Of a stretch of DNA of 64,000 nt, positions 46,040-55,638 are shown piece after piece. How positions within the stretch are numbered: the first letter of the stretch is position 1; every line of letters starts with the position of its first letter. The DNA comes from Flavobacteriales bacterium (GTDB taxonomy: Bacteria; Bacteroidota; Bacteroidia; Flavobacteriales_D; Sanyastnellaceae). The notes below the pieces were generated by a model. The model ran no database searches. It was not told the origin of the DNA and worked only from the letters and a program-made list of their open reading frames with translations. The stretch covers positions 454-64,453 of the forward strand of contig JADFAK010000021.1 of assembly GCA_015665315.1 (NCBI GenBank), in the 5' to 3' direction. The position numbers were made by a program, and so were the translations under genes.

Positions 46040-47878
46040 TTGAGTAAGTTCCAAGAGCTTGGCTTGTCCGAGCAAATTTCAAAATCGCTCCCAGAATTAG
46101 GCATTGAAACGCCGACAGAGATTCAGGAGAAAAGTATCCCACTTTTGCTCAATGGGCAGAAGGACCTAGTGGCATTGGCGCAGACTGGTACAGGTAAAAC
46201 TGCTGCCTTCGGATTGCCTTTACTAGATCTCATCGACGAGGATGAGCGTGAAGTTCAAGCATTGATTCTTTCACCAACCAGAGAGTTGGGTCAGCAGATT
46301 GCAGATCAGATTTCTAAGTTCAGTAAATACAAGAGAGGCATTAAGTCTTTGGCTGTTTACGGAGGTGCGAATATTGTTCCACAGATTCGTTCACTAAAAG
46401 GGAAAATACATATTGTCATAGCAACTCCAGGTCGATTGATCGACTTGATTGAGCGACGAGCCATTTCGTTGGAGTCGATCAAATACCTCATTTTGGATGA
46501 GGCAGATGAGATGCTCACAATGGGTTTTAAAGAAGATATCGATAAGATTCTCAAAGGCACCCCCGCTGAAAAGTCGACATGGCTTTTCTCAGCAACGATG
46601 CCGAAAGAAATCCGTCGGATTATCTCGAGCTACATGGACAAAAATGCCGTAGAAGTTCAGGTAAACCCGAGTCAGCAAGTAAACAAAAACATCGAGCACC
46701 AGTATGTAATCATCAACCGTGATAACAAACTGGATTCATTGTGTGGTTTTCTAGAAGCCGATACAGAGGCGCGAGGAATCATATTTAGCCGTACGAAGCT
46801 TGGCTGTCAGAAATTGGCCGAGCAACTTCGCGGTCAGGGACAGCATGCCGATGCATTGCACGGTGACTTGTCGCAGACGCAGCGAGATCGTGTTATGAAG
46901 CAGTTCAAGGCCAACGCACTTCGTGTATTGGTTGCTACCGATGTAGCCGCACGTGGAATAGACGTGGCAGATTTGAATTTTGTTATTCACTACAATCTTC
47001 CAGATCAATTGGAGTACTACACGCACAGAAGTGGACGTACTGGTCGTGCTGGAAAGAAGGGAGTTTCGATTTCATTCATCAGCAGAGGAGAAAAGAGAAA
47101 GATCAACACTCTTCAACGAGATTTAGATGTTGATTTTAAAGAGATTGCTCCACCAAGCGCCAACGATTTGATCGAATTGCGCGTGAACAAATGGAGCAAA
47201 GAAGTTCTCGAAGCTTCTGTTCGCACAGGAGTTGAGCCAGAATTACTGGAGAAAGTCTATGCGAAGTTTGCCGACGTAAGCAAGGAGCAACTACTCGAGC
47301 AACTGGTATCGGTCATTGTAAACGATATTCAGTCGGCAGCGCGAAAAGTACGTGACGAGAGCATGAGTGAGCGTGGAGATCGTCGCGATCGAAATGATCG
47401 CAGTGATCGTGGAGGCCGAGATCGAGATCGTGCGCCAAGGGGTGACCGTCGTGAGAGAGGGGATCGAAAAGATCGTCCGGAGAGAAGGGAGCGTCCGGAG
47501 AGAAGAGATAGAAAAGATAGAGATTTTTCAAGCGAGAGAAGTGATGATCGCAGCCGCAAGGATCGCGGACCGAAGAAGACTTCAAAAGGAATGCACAGGT
47601 ATTTCATCAACATAGGAAAGCGCGATGATATTCGTGCTGGAGATTTGGTGAACTTTATTTGTGAGGAAGCTCGAATTGGAAAGAGTGATATCGGCGATAT
47701 CGAAATCGACCGTAACCACAGTTACTTCGAAGTAGCTGAAGACAAGTCAGGAAAGATTAATTCTTCGTTTCAAGGTATCGAAATCGATGGCAGAGAACTA
47801 CGTGTGAACCGCGATGGTGATCAAAGTGGTGACACAGCCGAGCGACCGAAGAAGTCTAGAAAGAAGGATATGGAATAG
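46040..47878 (+). CDS. deaD: DEAD-box ATP-dependent RNA helicase (DeaD/CsdA-like) with an R/D/E-rich linker and a DbpA-type C-terminal domain
   Basis: Motifs AQTGTGKT, PTRELG, DEAD, SAT and HRSGRTGRAG. Low-complexity RGDRRDRNDRSDRGGRDRDR... at about 47370-47560. TTG start, with an in-frame stop 9 nt upstream. Confidence 0.85.
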   Translation: MSKFQELGLSEQISKSLPELGIETPTEIQEKSIPLLLNGQKDLVALAQTGTGKTAAFGLPLLDLIDEDEREVQALILSPTRELGQQIADQISKFSKYKRGIKSLAVYGGANIVPQIRSLKGKIHIVIATPGRLIDLIERRAISLESIKYLILDEADEMLTMGFKEDIDKILKGTPAEKSTWLFSATMPKEIRRIISSYMDKNAVEVQVNPSQQVNKNIEHQYVIINRDNKLDSLCGFLEADTEARGIIFSRTKLGCQKLAEQLRGQGQHADALHGDLSQTQRDRVMKQFKANALRVLVATDVAARGIDVADLNFVIHYNLPDQLEYYTHRSGRTGRAGKKGVSISFISRGEKRKINTLQRDLDVDFKEIAPPSANDLIELRVNKWSKEVLEASVRTGVEPELLEKVYAKFADVSKEQLLEQLVSVIVNDIQSAARKVRDESMSERGDRRDRNDRSDRGGRDRDRAPRGDRRERGDRKDRPERRERPERRDRKDRDFSSERSDDRSRKDRGPKKTSKGMHRYFINIGKRDDIRAGDLVNFICEEARIGKSDIGDIEIDRNHSYFEVAEDKSGKINSSFQGIEIDGRELRVNRDGDQSGDTAERPKKSRKKDME

Positions 47879-47954
47879 GCCCATTCAAGGGACCCATCCA
47901 TTTGCACGAAGTGCCAATCAAGAAAATTAAGCAGGGAAGAGTTAAAAGAAATTT

Positions 47955-49736
47955 ATGAGCGACCAACTGAGAAACATCGCGATTATTGCTCACGTCGACC
48001 ACGGTAAAACGACGTTAGTAGACAAGATTATTGACGCATGCAAGGTATTTGATGAACGCAAGGAGCGTACTGAATTGTTACTTGATAGCAATGATCTTGA
48101 AAAAGAACGTGGAATTACCATTCTATCGAAGAACGTAAGTGTTACCTATAAAGGTGTGAAGATTAATATTATCGACACCCCAGGTCACGCGGATTTTGGA
48201 GGAGAAGTAGAGCGAGTGCTGAAAATGGCCGACGGCGTTTTGTTGTTGGTAGATGCATTCGAAGGACCGATGCCACAGACGCGTTTCGTATTGACTAAAG
48301 CGATCGAATTGGGATTGAAGCCCATCGTTGTAGTCAACAAAGTAGACAAAGAAAATTGCCACCCGGATATTGTACAGGAGTCTGTTTTTGACTTGATGTT
48401 CAACTTGGGTGCCACGGAAGATCAGCTGGATTTTGCGACGATTTACGGTTCGGCCAAGCACGGTTGGATGGATAGGGATTGGCAGACGCCAACGGATAAC
48501 ATTTTCCCACTCTTGGATGCAATCTTGGAAGAAATTCCAGAAGCACCGAATTACCAAGGTACTTCTCAGATGCAGATTACAACACTCGATTTTTCAAGTT
48601 TTGTGGGCCGTATTGCAATCGGACGTATTTACCGAGGGGTATTGGAAGAAAATAAGGACTACATGCTTTGCAAGCGCAATGGCGAATTCAAGAAAGTGCG
48701 TATCAAGGAATTGATGGTATTTGAAGGAATGGCTCGAGCGAAAGTGACTCAAGCCCGTAGTGGAGAGTTGGTTGCCGTTGTAGGAATTGATGATTTCGAA
48801 ATTGGTGATACGATTGCCGATATCACGGTACCTGAGGCCTTGCCCCGAATAGAAGTAGATGAGCCAACTATGAGTATGTTGTTTACGATCAACAACTCGC
48901 CGTTCTATGGAAAGGAAGGTAAATATGTTACTTCACGTCACTTGCGTGACCGATTGATGAAGGAAACTGAGAAGAACTTGGCTTTGCGCGTTGATCCTAC
49001 TGATACAGAGGATAAATTCAACGTCTTCGGTCGAGGTATTCTTCACTTGTCGGTCCTCATCGAAACCATGCGTAGAGAAGGATATGAGCTGCAAGTAGGC
49101 AAGCCACAAGTAATTATCAAAGAAGTGGATGGCGTTAAGATGGAGCCTATCGAGACCTTGGTGGTTGATGTTCCTGAAAGTGCCGCTGGAAAAGTGATTG
49201 AGCTTGCTACGCAACGTAAAGGTGATTTGTTGGTAATGGAGCCGAAGGGAGATCTTCAGCACCTTGAGTTTACTATTCCTTCTCGTGGATTGATCGGTTT
49301 GAGAAATCAAGTGCTTACTGCAACTGCTGGAACGGCCGTCATGACGCACCGTTTTATGCAATTCGAGAAGTACAAAGGTGAACTTCCTGGGCGTAACAAA
49401 GGAGCTTTATGTTCTATGGAAGCAGGTCAAGCACTGGCTTTTGCTATTGACCGACTGCAAGACCGAGGTAAGTTTTTCGTCGGACCGGGAGATCAGATCT
49501 ATAAAGGTCAAGTTATTGGAGAGCACACACGTGAAAATGACGTTGACTTGAACCTTATCAAAGGAAAGAAGATGTCGAATATGCGTTCGTCAGGTGCCGA
49601 TGAAGCAGCTAAGATTTATCCGAAAATTGATTTCTCTTTGGAGGAGTCGATGGAGTACATCCGAGAAGATGAATACTTGGAGATCACACCGCTTAGTTTG
49701 AGAATGAGAAAGATTCACTACAATCAACGTAGTTAA
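47955..49736 (+). CDS. typA: Translational GTPase TypA/BipA
   Basis: NIAIIAHVDHGKTTLVDK..., DTPGHADFGGEVER, NKVD and EF-G-like domains. Confidence 0.92.
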   Translation: MSDQLRNIAIIAHVDHGKTTLVDKIIDACKVFDERKERTELLLDSNDLEKERGITILSKNVSVTYKGVKINIIDTPGHADFGGEVERVLKMADGVLLLVDAFEGPMPQTRFVLTKAIELGLKPIVVVNKVDKENCHPDIVQESVFDLMFNLGATEDQLDFATIYGSAKHGWMDRDWQTPTDNIFPLLDAILEEIPEAPNYQGTSQMQITTLDFSSFVGRIAIGRIYRGVLEENKDYMLCKRNGEFKKVRIKELMVFEGMARAKVTQARSGELVAVVGIDDFEIGDTIADITVPEALPRIEVDEPTMSMLFTINNSPFYGKEGKYVTSRHLRDRLMKETEKNLALRVDPTDTEDKFNVFGRGILHLSVLIETMRREGYELQVGKPQVIIKEVDGVKMEPIETLVVDVPESAAGKVIELATQRKGDLLVMEPKGDLQHLEFTIPSRGLIGLRNQVLTATAGTAVMTHRFMQFEKYKGELPGRNKGALCSMEAGQALAFAIDRLQDRGKFFVGPGDQIYKGQVIGEHTRENDVDLNLIKGKKMSNMRSSGADEAAKIYPKIDFSLEESMEYIREDEYLEITPLSLRMRKIHYNQRS

Positions 49737-49756
49737 TTGAATTCGAAATAATTGAA

Positions 49757-49794
49757 TGCGCCCAATTGCTGTAAAGTGATTGGGCGTTTTTTTT
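49757..49794 (+). terminator. Intrinsic terminator of typA
   Basis: gcgcccaat-N12-attgggcg followed by T8. Confidence 0.75.
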
Positions 49795-50150
49795 GTGGAG
49801 AAATCACTTTATCCTGACCACCCCCTTGAATTTTAATGGAAAATTGAAAATTGAAAATGTAAAATGAAAAATGGGGTCGATCTCTCTGGTGACTTTTCTG
49901 GTTGATTTGATTTCGGCTGCGATTGCGCAGTCTCTCGAGATGGGTGTCTTTGATATATGACTATCCGTAAAGTAGCGCCAATAGTAACCATTGCTCCCCG
50001 TTCCTCATAAAAGCGTACGTGTTTCGCAAAAGCATGTCGAAGGAATTCCGTACCTACGGCACGGGATGTCATGTTGAGGGTTTTTGGCTACCGATATATA
50101 GTCCCTACGGGACATGTTTTGGTTGTGAAAAGAAATCTCTTTCTCTGTTT

Positions 50151-50348
50151 AAAGCAGAACTTGAAGGCCAGAGCGAGTTGGAGAGCGAGTATTTAGATAT
50201 TTGCCTTGCGCGCCCCCTAAAACGCCCTAATCATTACCCAACGGAAATACCAATACTTATCTCTTTCTATTATCTCTTTCTATTATCTCTATTTAAAGTT
50301 GGAGAGCTTGAAGGTCAGAGCGAGTGCGAGAGCGAGTCTTGAGAAATT
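50151..50348. repeat. TCTCGC-rich repeat units in inverted orientation (third locus), plus a 13-bp tandem
   Basis: cagagcgagttggagagcgag (about 50170-50190) and cagagcgagtgcgagagcgag (about 50316-50336) are reverse complements of the ctcgctctcgcactcgctctg type. tatctctttctat occurs 2.6 times at 50258-50292. Confidence 0.65.
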
Positions 50349-50707
50349 CGGTTGTTCAGATGTTTTTTTCTTGCCATGACGTAGGTATGGGATAGTATCC
50401 TGAAAGATGATCGTTTCGTCAAGATTACACACCAATTGCTAGCTTATTAGCGCATGAAGCATTAAACATTTTCCTGAACTGGGGCAACTGGATTTGTCGT
50501 CCAAGCTAGCCTAGCTCAGGAGTTCATCCAGTAGATCTAAGGAAGGCGTAGAAACGTAAATTGAGAGAATGAGCGGGCTTTTCACCTAGTTAGTTTCTGG
50601 TGACAAGTTGCGGATAGTCATGCTTTGATATACAGTATATTAATATAGTTTACTTACTTTTACAAGACCAAATTTTTAATGAGCGTTTGAGATTTGGTTG
50701 AATTGAG

Positions 50708-50738
50708 GAGCAGCCTGTTTTCAGGCTGCTTTTTTTTG
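50708..50738 (+). terminator. Plus-strand intrinsic terminator overlapping the stop codon of the minus-strand wzc-like gene
   Basis: gcagcctg-tttt-caggctgc followed by T8 on the plus strand. On the minus strand an A8 run precedes it and no T-run follows. Confidence 0.5.
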
Positions 50739-53150
50739 TCTCAAACGGAAGATCGATTGCCATGGGTTTTTTAGGATTCCGCGTAGATATTCCAGGTACA
50801 ATTTTTTATTGATTTCCCAGTCGGCGGATTTCCAGGGCCATTGAACTTCGAGGGTGCGGTAGTTCATAAGGATGGTGTTTCCGGAGAGCAGACCGCTCTT
50901 TGAACGAAAAGCGTTCATGACTTGGATTTCCTTCGTTTCCGATTGGTTGTCGGCAAATGAAAATACCACGTGCTCAACGTAGGGAAGAACTCGGCGTGTG
51001 ATATCAATTGAACTGCAAGGAGGCAGGTCAATCAGTACGTAGTCGAAATCATGTTTGAAGTAGCGCACCAATTCGCCGAAGAGGTGGCCTTCGAACAACT
51101 CTGCGGGATCGGCGGAGTAGTCGCCTGATTCGATTACTGTGAGGGAATAGGCCTTTTCGAATAAATCGTCGTAGTTTACTTGTCCGCGCACGAGGTCTAG
51201 AGCCGTTTTTGGTGCTGGTGATCGTTGGGGGAGCAGACATTTGCCCGTAGGGCTCATATTGAATAAGACCACTTTTAGACCCATGTTTCCCAAGGCTTTC
51301 GCCAAATGCAATGCTGCCGTGCTCGTGCCAGCTCTTTTATGCGTCGCCGTAATACCAATAACTTGCCTGTCTTCCGCGAAATGCTTGAGGCTCATGCCAT
51401 GACTTTGCCAATTTTCTTGAACGGAAGGCTTGGCATTGTCGGTAAGGAAGGAGGAAAGACGCTTTTTGCCGACGGCTAGTGCGCAGCCAATGACTTCATA
51501 TTCACTCAATTGGACGAGTGATTCGACGTTGGTGATTTTTTCACTGATGAGACCTTTTATCAAGATGATGACGAAGGGAATCATAAGGCCAACCATGAGC
51601 ATCATGAGGTGTGACAGGCTCACAAGTGGAGCGACGATGGAGTTTCCTTTGATGTGCGCGGTTTCCCATATTTCGCAGTCTGGCAAGTTAGACGCCAGTG
51701 CAAGCTCGGCCTGACCTAGTTTCTTTTTTAGGTACTTCATCATACCTAGTTCGTTGTTGATCACGCGGTTGTTGGCGATGATTTCTCTTTCGAGTGCTGG
51801 CAGCCTGTTGATTTTTGTATTTACGCTTCGCAAATCATGCTGCTTGCCGCCGAGTTCAATTTCGGCCTGAGCAATTAAACCGCTGATCGACTCGATGATG
51901 GTTTTGAAGCTCTGCTCTATTTGGGTATTCAGTTGAATAAGTTTGGGATTGCGCGGACCGGCATGATAGAGTGTTTCTTGTCGTTCCAATTGCATTTTCG
52001 CGTGCTCTTGCACCAGGTTGACAAGGACCACGTCGCGGACACCTTGAAGCGAAGGACTTAGCAACGTGTCAAGTCGCGCTTGATTTTGGCAATAGCCCAA
52101 TAAGTAGGTGTAGTACTTAAGTTGGGTTGAAATCTCAGAAGTCTCCTCCTGGAGCGTGTTGTGGTGGTTCAGTAGGGTGCTTGCGTGGGTGCTGAGGTCG
52201 AGCATGGAGTGGTTCGACTTAACTTCGGCCAAGGTGTCTTCTTGGGCTGCGATAATGGCTTGCGTTGCGTCAAGTTGCCCTTTCAGAAAACGGATTGTGT
52301 TTCGGGCCATGGCGTTCTTGGCTTCGAGATCATGTCCTTCGTAGACCCGCATCATTTGATCGATAAGATCGCTGTCGGCCTCCTTCTTGGCTGTGGTGAT
52401 TGCCAATGAAAGGATAGACGAGCCCTTATTCAGTGTTTTAACTCTGATACGTTGTTTGTAGTCGTGGGCAAGTACGCTGGCATCGACCAATTTGAAGGTA
52501 TATTTTGCGGGGTCGATTGACTCGTGGAATGCTTGTTCGCGATGAATGGCCAACTTAAGTTCAGGGATATCCAACATTTGCCCGAAGGGTAGAATCGTAT
52601 CCAACTGAAAAGGACTATTTCTCGTTTCTACTGTCGTATTCCAGCGGTAATCGAAGAGATAATAATGGGGCGAGAAAGCTTTGAGGTGAACCAATTCATC
52701 GCCTAGGTCTTCCACTGAAAACCGAATTCCCGAAACAGTGGGATGCTCGCGATTTACCTGGACGCGAAAAGGAGATTTGCCATAATTGTTGCGGCCATTT
52801 CGTTGATACTCGACATCAAAATCCAGATCGTACATCGCCTCGTACAAAGTTGAATAGGTGTCGACCGAGCCAATGTAATTGTAAATATTGGCGAGCTTAG
52901 CATAGAGTTGCAAGGCCGTAATTCGGTTCTCCAATCCATGCGTAGGAAATTCGAATTCTCGATGAACCTTGAATGATGCGTTGACGTTGTACTTGAAATC
53001 GGCATCGCGCATGAGGTACCACGAGAAGCCTATCATACACGGAATAGTGATGATAAACAGGTACTTGTGGGCGATGATGGACTTCAGCAGTCCAAGAACA
53101 TTGAAGCTGTTGTCCACACGGAAATAGTGTCCCCGTGGAATTAGCTTCAT
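50721..53150 (-). CDS. Polysaccharide co-polymerase (Wzz/GumC-type chain-length domain) fused to a P-loop ATPase-like domain (Wzc-like)
   Basis: ATG at 53150 overlaps the upstream stop (ATGA). Two TM segments flank a long coiled periplasmic region. The C-terminal ParA/BY-kinase-like domain has an atypical Walker A (ATHKRAGTST, no Lys) and no terminal Tyr cluster. Confidence 0.65.
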   Translation of the reverse strand: MKLIPRGHYFRVDNSFNVLGLLKSIIAHKYLFIITIPCMIGFSWYLMRDADFKYNVNASFKVHREFEFPTHGLENRITALQLYAKLANIYNYIGSVDTYSTLYEAMYDLDFDVEYQRNGRNNYGKSPFRVQVNREHPTVSGIRFSVEDLGDELVHLKAFSPHYYLFDYRWNTTVETRNSPFQLDTILPFGQMLDIPELKLAIHREQAFHESIDPAKYTFKLVDASVLAHDYKQRIRVKTLNKGSSILSLAITTAKKEADSDLIDQMMRVYEGHDLEAKNAMARNTIRFLKGQLDATQAIIAAQEDTLAEVKSNHSMLDLSTHASTLLNHHNTLQEETSEISTQLKYYTYLLGYCQNQARLDTLLSPSLQGVRDVVLVNLVQEHAKMQLERQETLYHAGPRNPKLIQLNTQIEQSFKTIIESISGLIAQAEIELGGKQHDLRSVNTKINRLPALEREIIANNRVINNELGMMKYLKKKLGQAELALASNLPDCEIWETAHIKGNSIVAPLVSLSHLMMLMVGLMIPFVIILIKGLISEKITNVESLVQLSEYEVIGCALAVGKKRLSSFLTDNAKPSVQENWQSHGMSLKHFAEDRQVIGITATHKRAGTSTAALHLAKALGNMGLKVVLFNMSPTGKCLLPQRSPAPKTALDLVRGQVNYDDLFEKAYSLTVIESGDYSADPAELFEGHLFGELVRYFKHDFDYVLIDLPPCSSIDITRRVLPYVEHVVFSFADNQSETKEIQVMNAFRSKSGLLSGNTILMNYRTLEVQWPWKSADWEINKKLYLEYLRGILKNPWQSIFRLRQKKAA

Positions 53151-55030
53151 TCGAATAAGTCGTTTTTCAAGACATTGGCTGTTTCTTCGGTCTGACCTTT
53201 GAACCAATAATGCAATACAGTGAGCAAGTACAATTGCTTTTCATAATTCACCTTTCCCGTGCGATGGGCTTCGAACAGACTGGCGATGTAGGTGTCGTCG
53301 AACATGGATCCGAAAAGCGTGCCATTGGCCGACATTTCCTCTTGCAGTTGGTAAGATCGCTCGCTTTTAAACCACTCGTTTTGAGGAGTGTAGAAGCCTT
53401 TTTTCTTGCGGTAGATAATCTCGTCTGGCAAGTATTTTTGCGACAGTTTTTTGTGCAGAATCTTGTTGTTGAACATGTCCAGTTTCATGCGATCTGGCAA
53501 ACATTCGACGAACTCGGTGAGCTCCGTATCCAAGAAAGGAACTCGAAGCTCTAACGCGTGGTACATGGAGATCTTATCGGTGTACAGGAGTAGGTCATCT
53601 GACAAGTTCATGCGAAGATCTAGGCTGCTCATAGCTTTGACGGCCGACATATCGTCGAGGTCATACAGCTCGTATCGTTTCTCGATGAGGTGGTGTAGGT
53701 TGGCGTAATTCTTTTCTGAAAAAGCTGCGCCACAAAGTGCGTTGATCATCGAATCGTCGTACAGGGAATAGGACTCGATAAAGCGTGTAATCCTATCCTC
53801 CTCAAGCACGGCATTCAGTCCGCGGCGAAGCTTGTCACCGAGGGACATATTCTTAAACATTTTGAGAGGAGCCACCATCCCTCTTGGGACTTTGTCGATG
53901 ATATTTTGAACGTTGTAACGACCGTAGCCATTCCACGGTTCATCGACGCCTTGGCCAGTAAGGGCTACTTTGAATCCAGCGTCGGCAATAGCCTGGGATA
54001 AAAAGTAAATGGGGAAGATCGATGAAGAGCCGTTGGGTTCCTCGACAATGCCGACAAATTTTTCGAAGTTGGCGAAGAAATCGTCTTGCTTCAAGATCAC
54101 TTCGTGGTGCTTGGTTCCTAAATATTTCGCCGAGGCTTTGGCCTCTTCCAATTCATTGGCATCCGTGTCAATATCAAATCCTGCCGTGAAGGTAGTAAGT
54201 CGTTCGCCAGTGAGTTTTTGGGCCATCTGGCATAACAAAGCCGAGTCGACGCCACCACTAAGCAGCATAGAAATGGGAACATCGGAGAGCATTTGTCGCT
54301 CAACTGCTTGATGCAAAAGTTCATCGTAGCAAATGAGGGCGTCTTCTTCCAGGATATTGTATTCGGTGTTGGGCTTGTAGGAATAGAAAGCCTTCTCGTA
54401 ATTCAAATTTTCTAGATCGATGGTCAAATAGTGACCGGGCTCCAACTTGCTAATCCCTTGCCAGATAGTCTGCGGTGCAGGAACATACCTCAATTTTAGG
54501 AATTGGTACAAAGCATCTTCATTGATGTCATTGAACGTGTCAATTGCACGCAAAGTCTTAATCTCCGAAGACCAACTCCAGCCTTTGCCGTGCTGAGAAT
54601 AATACAAAGGTTTTACTCCATACGGATCGCGAGCCAAGTATACTTTCGCATGCTTCAAGTCGAAAAAGGAAAAGGCAAAAATCCCGTTGAAATCGGCCGT
54701 GCCTTTGATGCCATTCACGGCCAAGTGGTGCAATAGGGTCTCGGTATCTGAATGACCTTTCCAATCGACTCCTTTCAATTTCTTGCGTAAATCCAAGTGG
54801 TTGTACACCTCCCCATTGAAGATGATAGCATAATTCCCACATGAAGTGAGCATCGGCTGCGCGCCGGCCTCGCTGAGATCTTGAATGGCCAATCTCGTAT
54901 GACCAAAGTTTACCTGTCTGCTTGCACAGCTCAGGGAAACCAGTCCGTTTGAATCCGGACCACGGTGATGAATCAAGTTGACTATCTCTTGAGTCAACGC
55001 TTTATCTATTGTACCTACTATTCCACACAT
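53147..55030 (-). CDS. Asparagine synthase (glutamine-hydrolysing)-type amidotransferase
   Basis: N-terminal MCGIVG nucleophile and the SGGVDS PP-loop. Confidence 0.85.
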   Translation of the reverse strand: MCGIVGTIDKALTQEIVNLIHHRGPDSNGLVSLSCASRQVNFGHTRLAIQDLSEAGAQPMLTSCGNYAIIFNGEVYNHLDLRKKLKGVDWKGHSDTETLLHHLAVNGIKGTADFNGIFAFSFFDLKHAKVYLARDPYGVKPLYYSQHGKGWSWSSEIKTLRAIDTFNDINEDALYQFLKLRYVPAPQTIWQGISKLEPGHYLTIDLENLNYEKAFYSYKPNTEYNILEEDALICYDELLHQAVERQMLSDVPISMLLSGGVDSALLCQMAQKLTGERLTTFTAGFDIDTDANELEEAKASAKYLGTKHHEVILKQDDFFANFEKFVGIVEEPNGSSSIFPIYFLSQAIADAGFKVALTGQGVDEPWNGYGRYNVQNIIDKVPRGMVAPLKMFKNMSLGDKLRRGLNAVLEEDRITRFIESYSLYDDSMINALCGAAFSEKNYANLHHLIEKRYELYDLDDMSAVKAMSSLDLRMNLSDDLLLYTDKISMYHALELRVPFLDTELTEFVECLPDRMKLDMFNNKILHKKLSQKYLPDEIIYRKKKGFYTPQNEWFKSERSYQLQEEMSANGTLFGSMFDDTYIASLFEAHRTGKVNYEKQLYLLTVLHYWFKGQTEETANVLKNDLFE

Positions 55031-55062
55031 GGGTTGCTATTTTTAGGGAGCGTTTTGCTAGA

Positions 55063-55635
55063 TTACTTTCTTTTCTTGATCACTTTTGCAGGAACACCAC
55101 CTACAATGGAGTAGGGCTCTACGTCTTTTGTGACGACGGCCCCAGCCGCGATGATGGATCCTTCGCCAATACACACGCCGGGCATGAGCAGCACGTTGCG
55201 ACCAAGCCACACATCGTTTTGTAGCGTTACGGGCTGGTCTTCGGTTTCACCTTGCAGACTCATAGGAATATCTGTTCGACTGTGTTCGTGGTTCTTTGAG
55301 AGGAGAACACATCCTGGTGCGATCATGACATGGTTGCCAATGGTGGCGGCTTGGATGAAGACATTCTCGTTGATTTGGCAGCCAATGCCAATTTTTACTT
55401 TTCCCGGTCCGGCGATATAGACCTTTTCCTCAAAAAAGGTGTGGTCATCGCGTTGCATGATGCCCAAAACGGAGCACACATACCAGCAGCGGAACCGATT
55501 GAAACCGCCCCAGAACCGGCTGTTCGGCAGTTTGTTGATGACGATATAGTAGAGCAAAAAGGCGATTTTTTGAACTATGCCAGCCGATGATCTTTCGGTG
55601 GTAGGGGATAGGGTTGTGGCAATTGATGTAGACAT
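55063..55635 (-). CDS. Hexapeptide-repeat (LbH) O-acetyltransferase
   Basis: IGxxVxI hexapeptide repeats and a C-terminal ...VGGVPAKVIKKRK. Confidence 0.75.
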   Translation of the reverse strand: MSTSIATTLSPTTERSSAGIVQKIAFLLYYIVINKLPNSRFWGGFNRFRCWYVCSVLGIMQRDDHTFFEEKVYIAGPGKVKIGIGCQINENVFIQAATIGNHVMIAPGCVLLSKNHEHSRTDIPMSLQGETEDQPVTLQNDVWLGRNVLLMPGVCIGEGSIIAAGAVVTKDVEPYSIVGGVPAKVIKKRK

Positions 55636-55638
55636 GGC

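Noticed and set aside
47313-47615. Three overlapping ORFs of 82-94 aa on both strands.
   Set aside because: They fall inside the R/D/E-rich low-complexity linker of the DEAD-box helicase. The repetitive GA-rich sequence keeps other frames open.
49833-50342. ORFs 49833-50072 (minus strand) and 50019-50342 (plus strand).
   Set aside because: They are composed of the heptamer array, CCTACGG hairpin elements and TCTCGC repeats. I saw no start context or protein-like composition.
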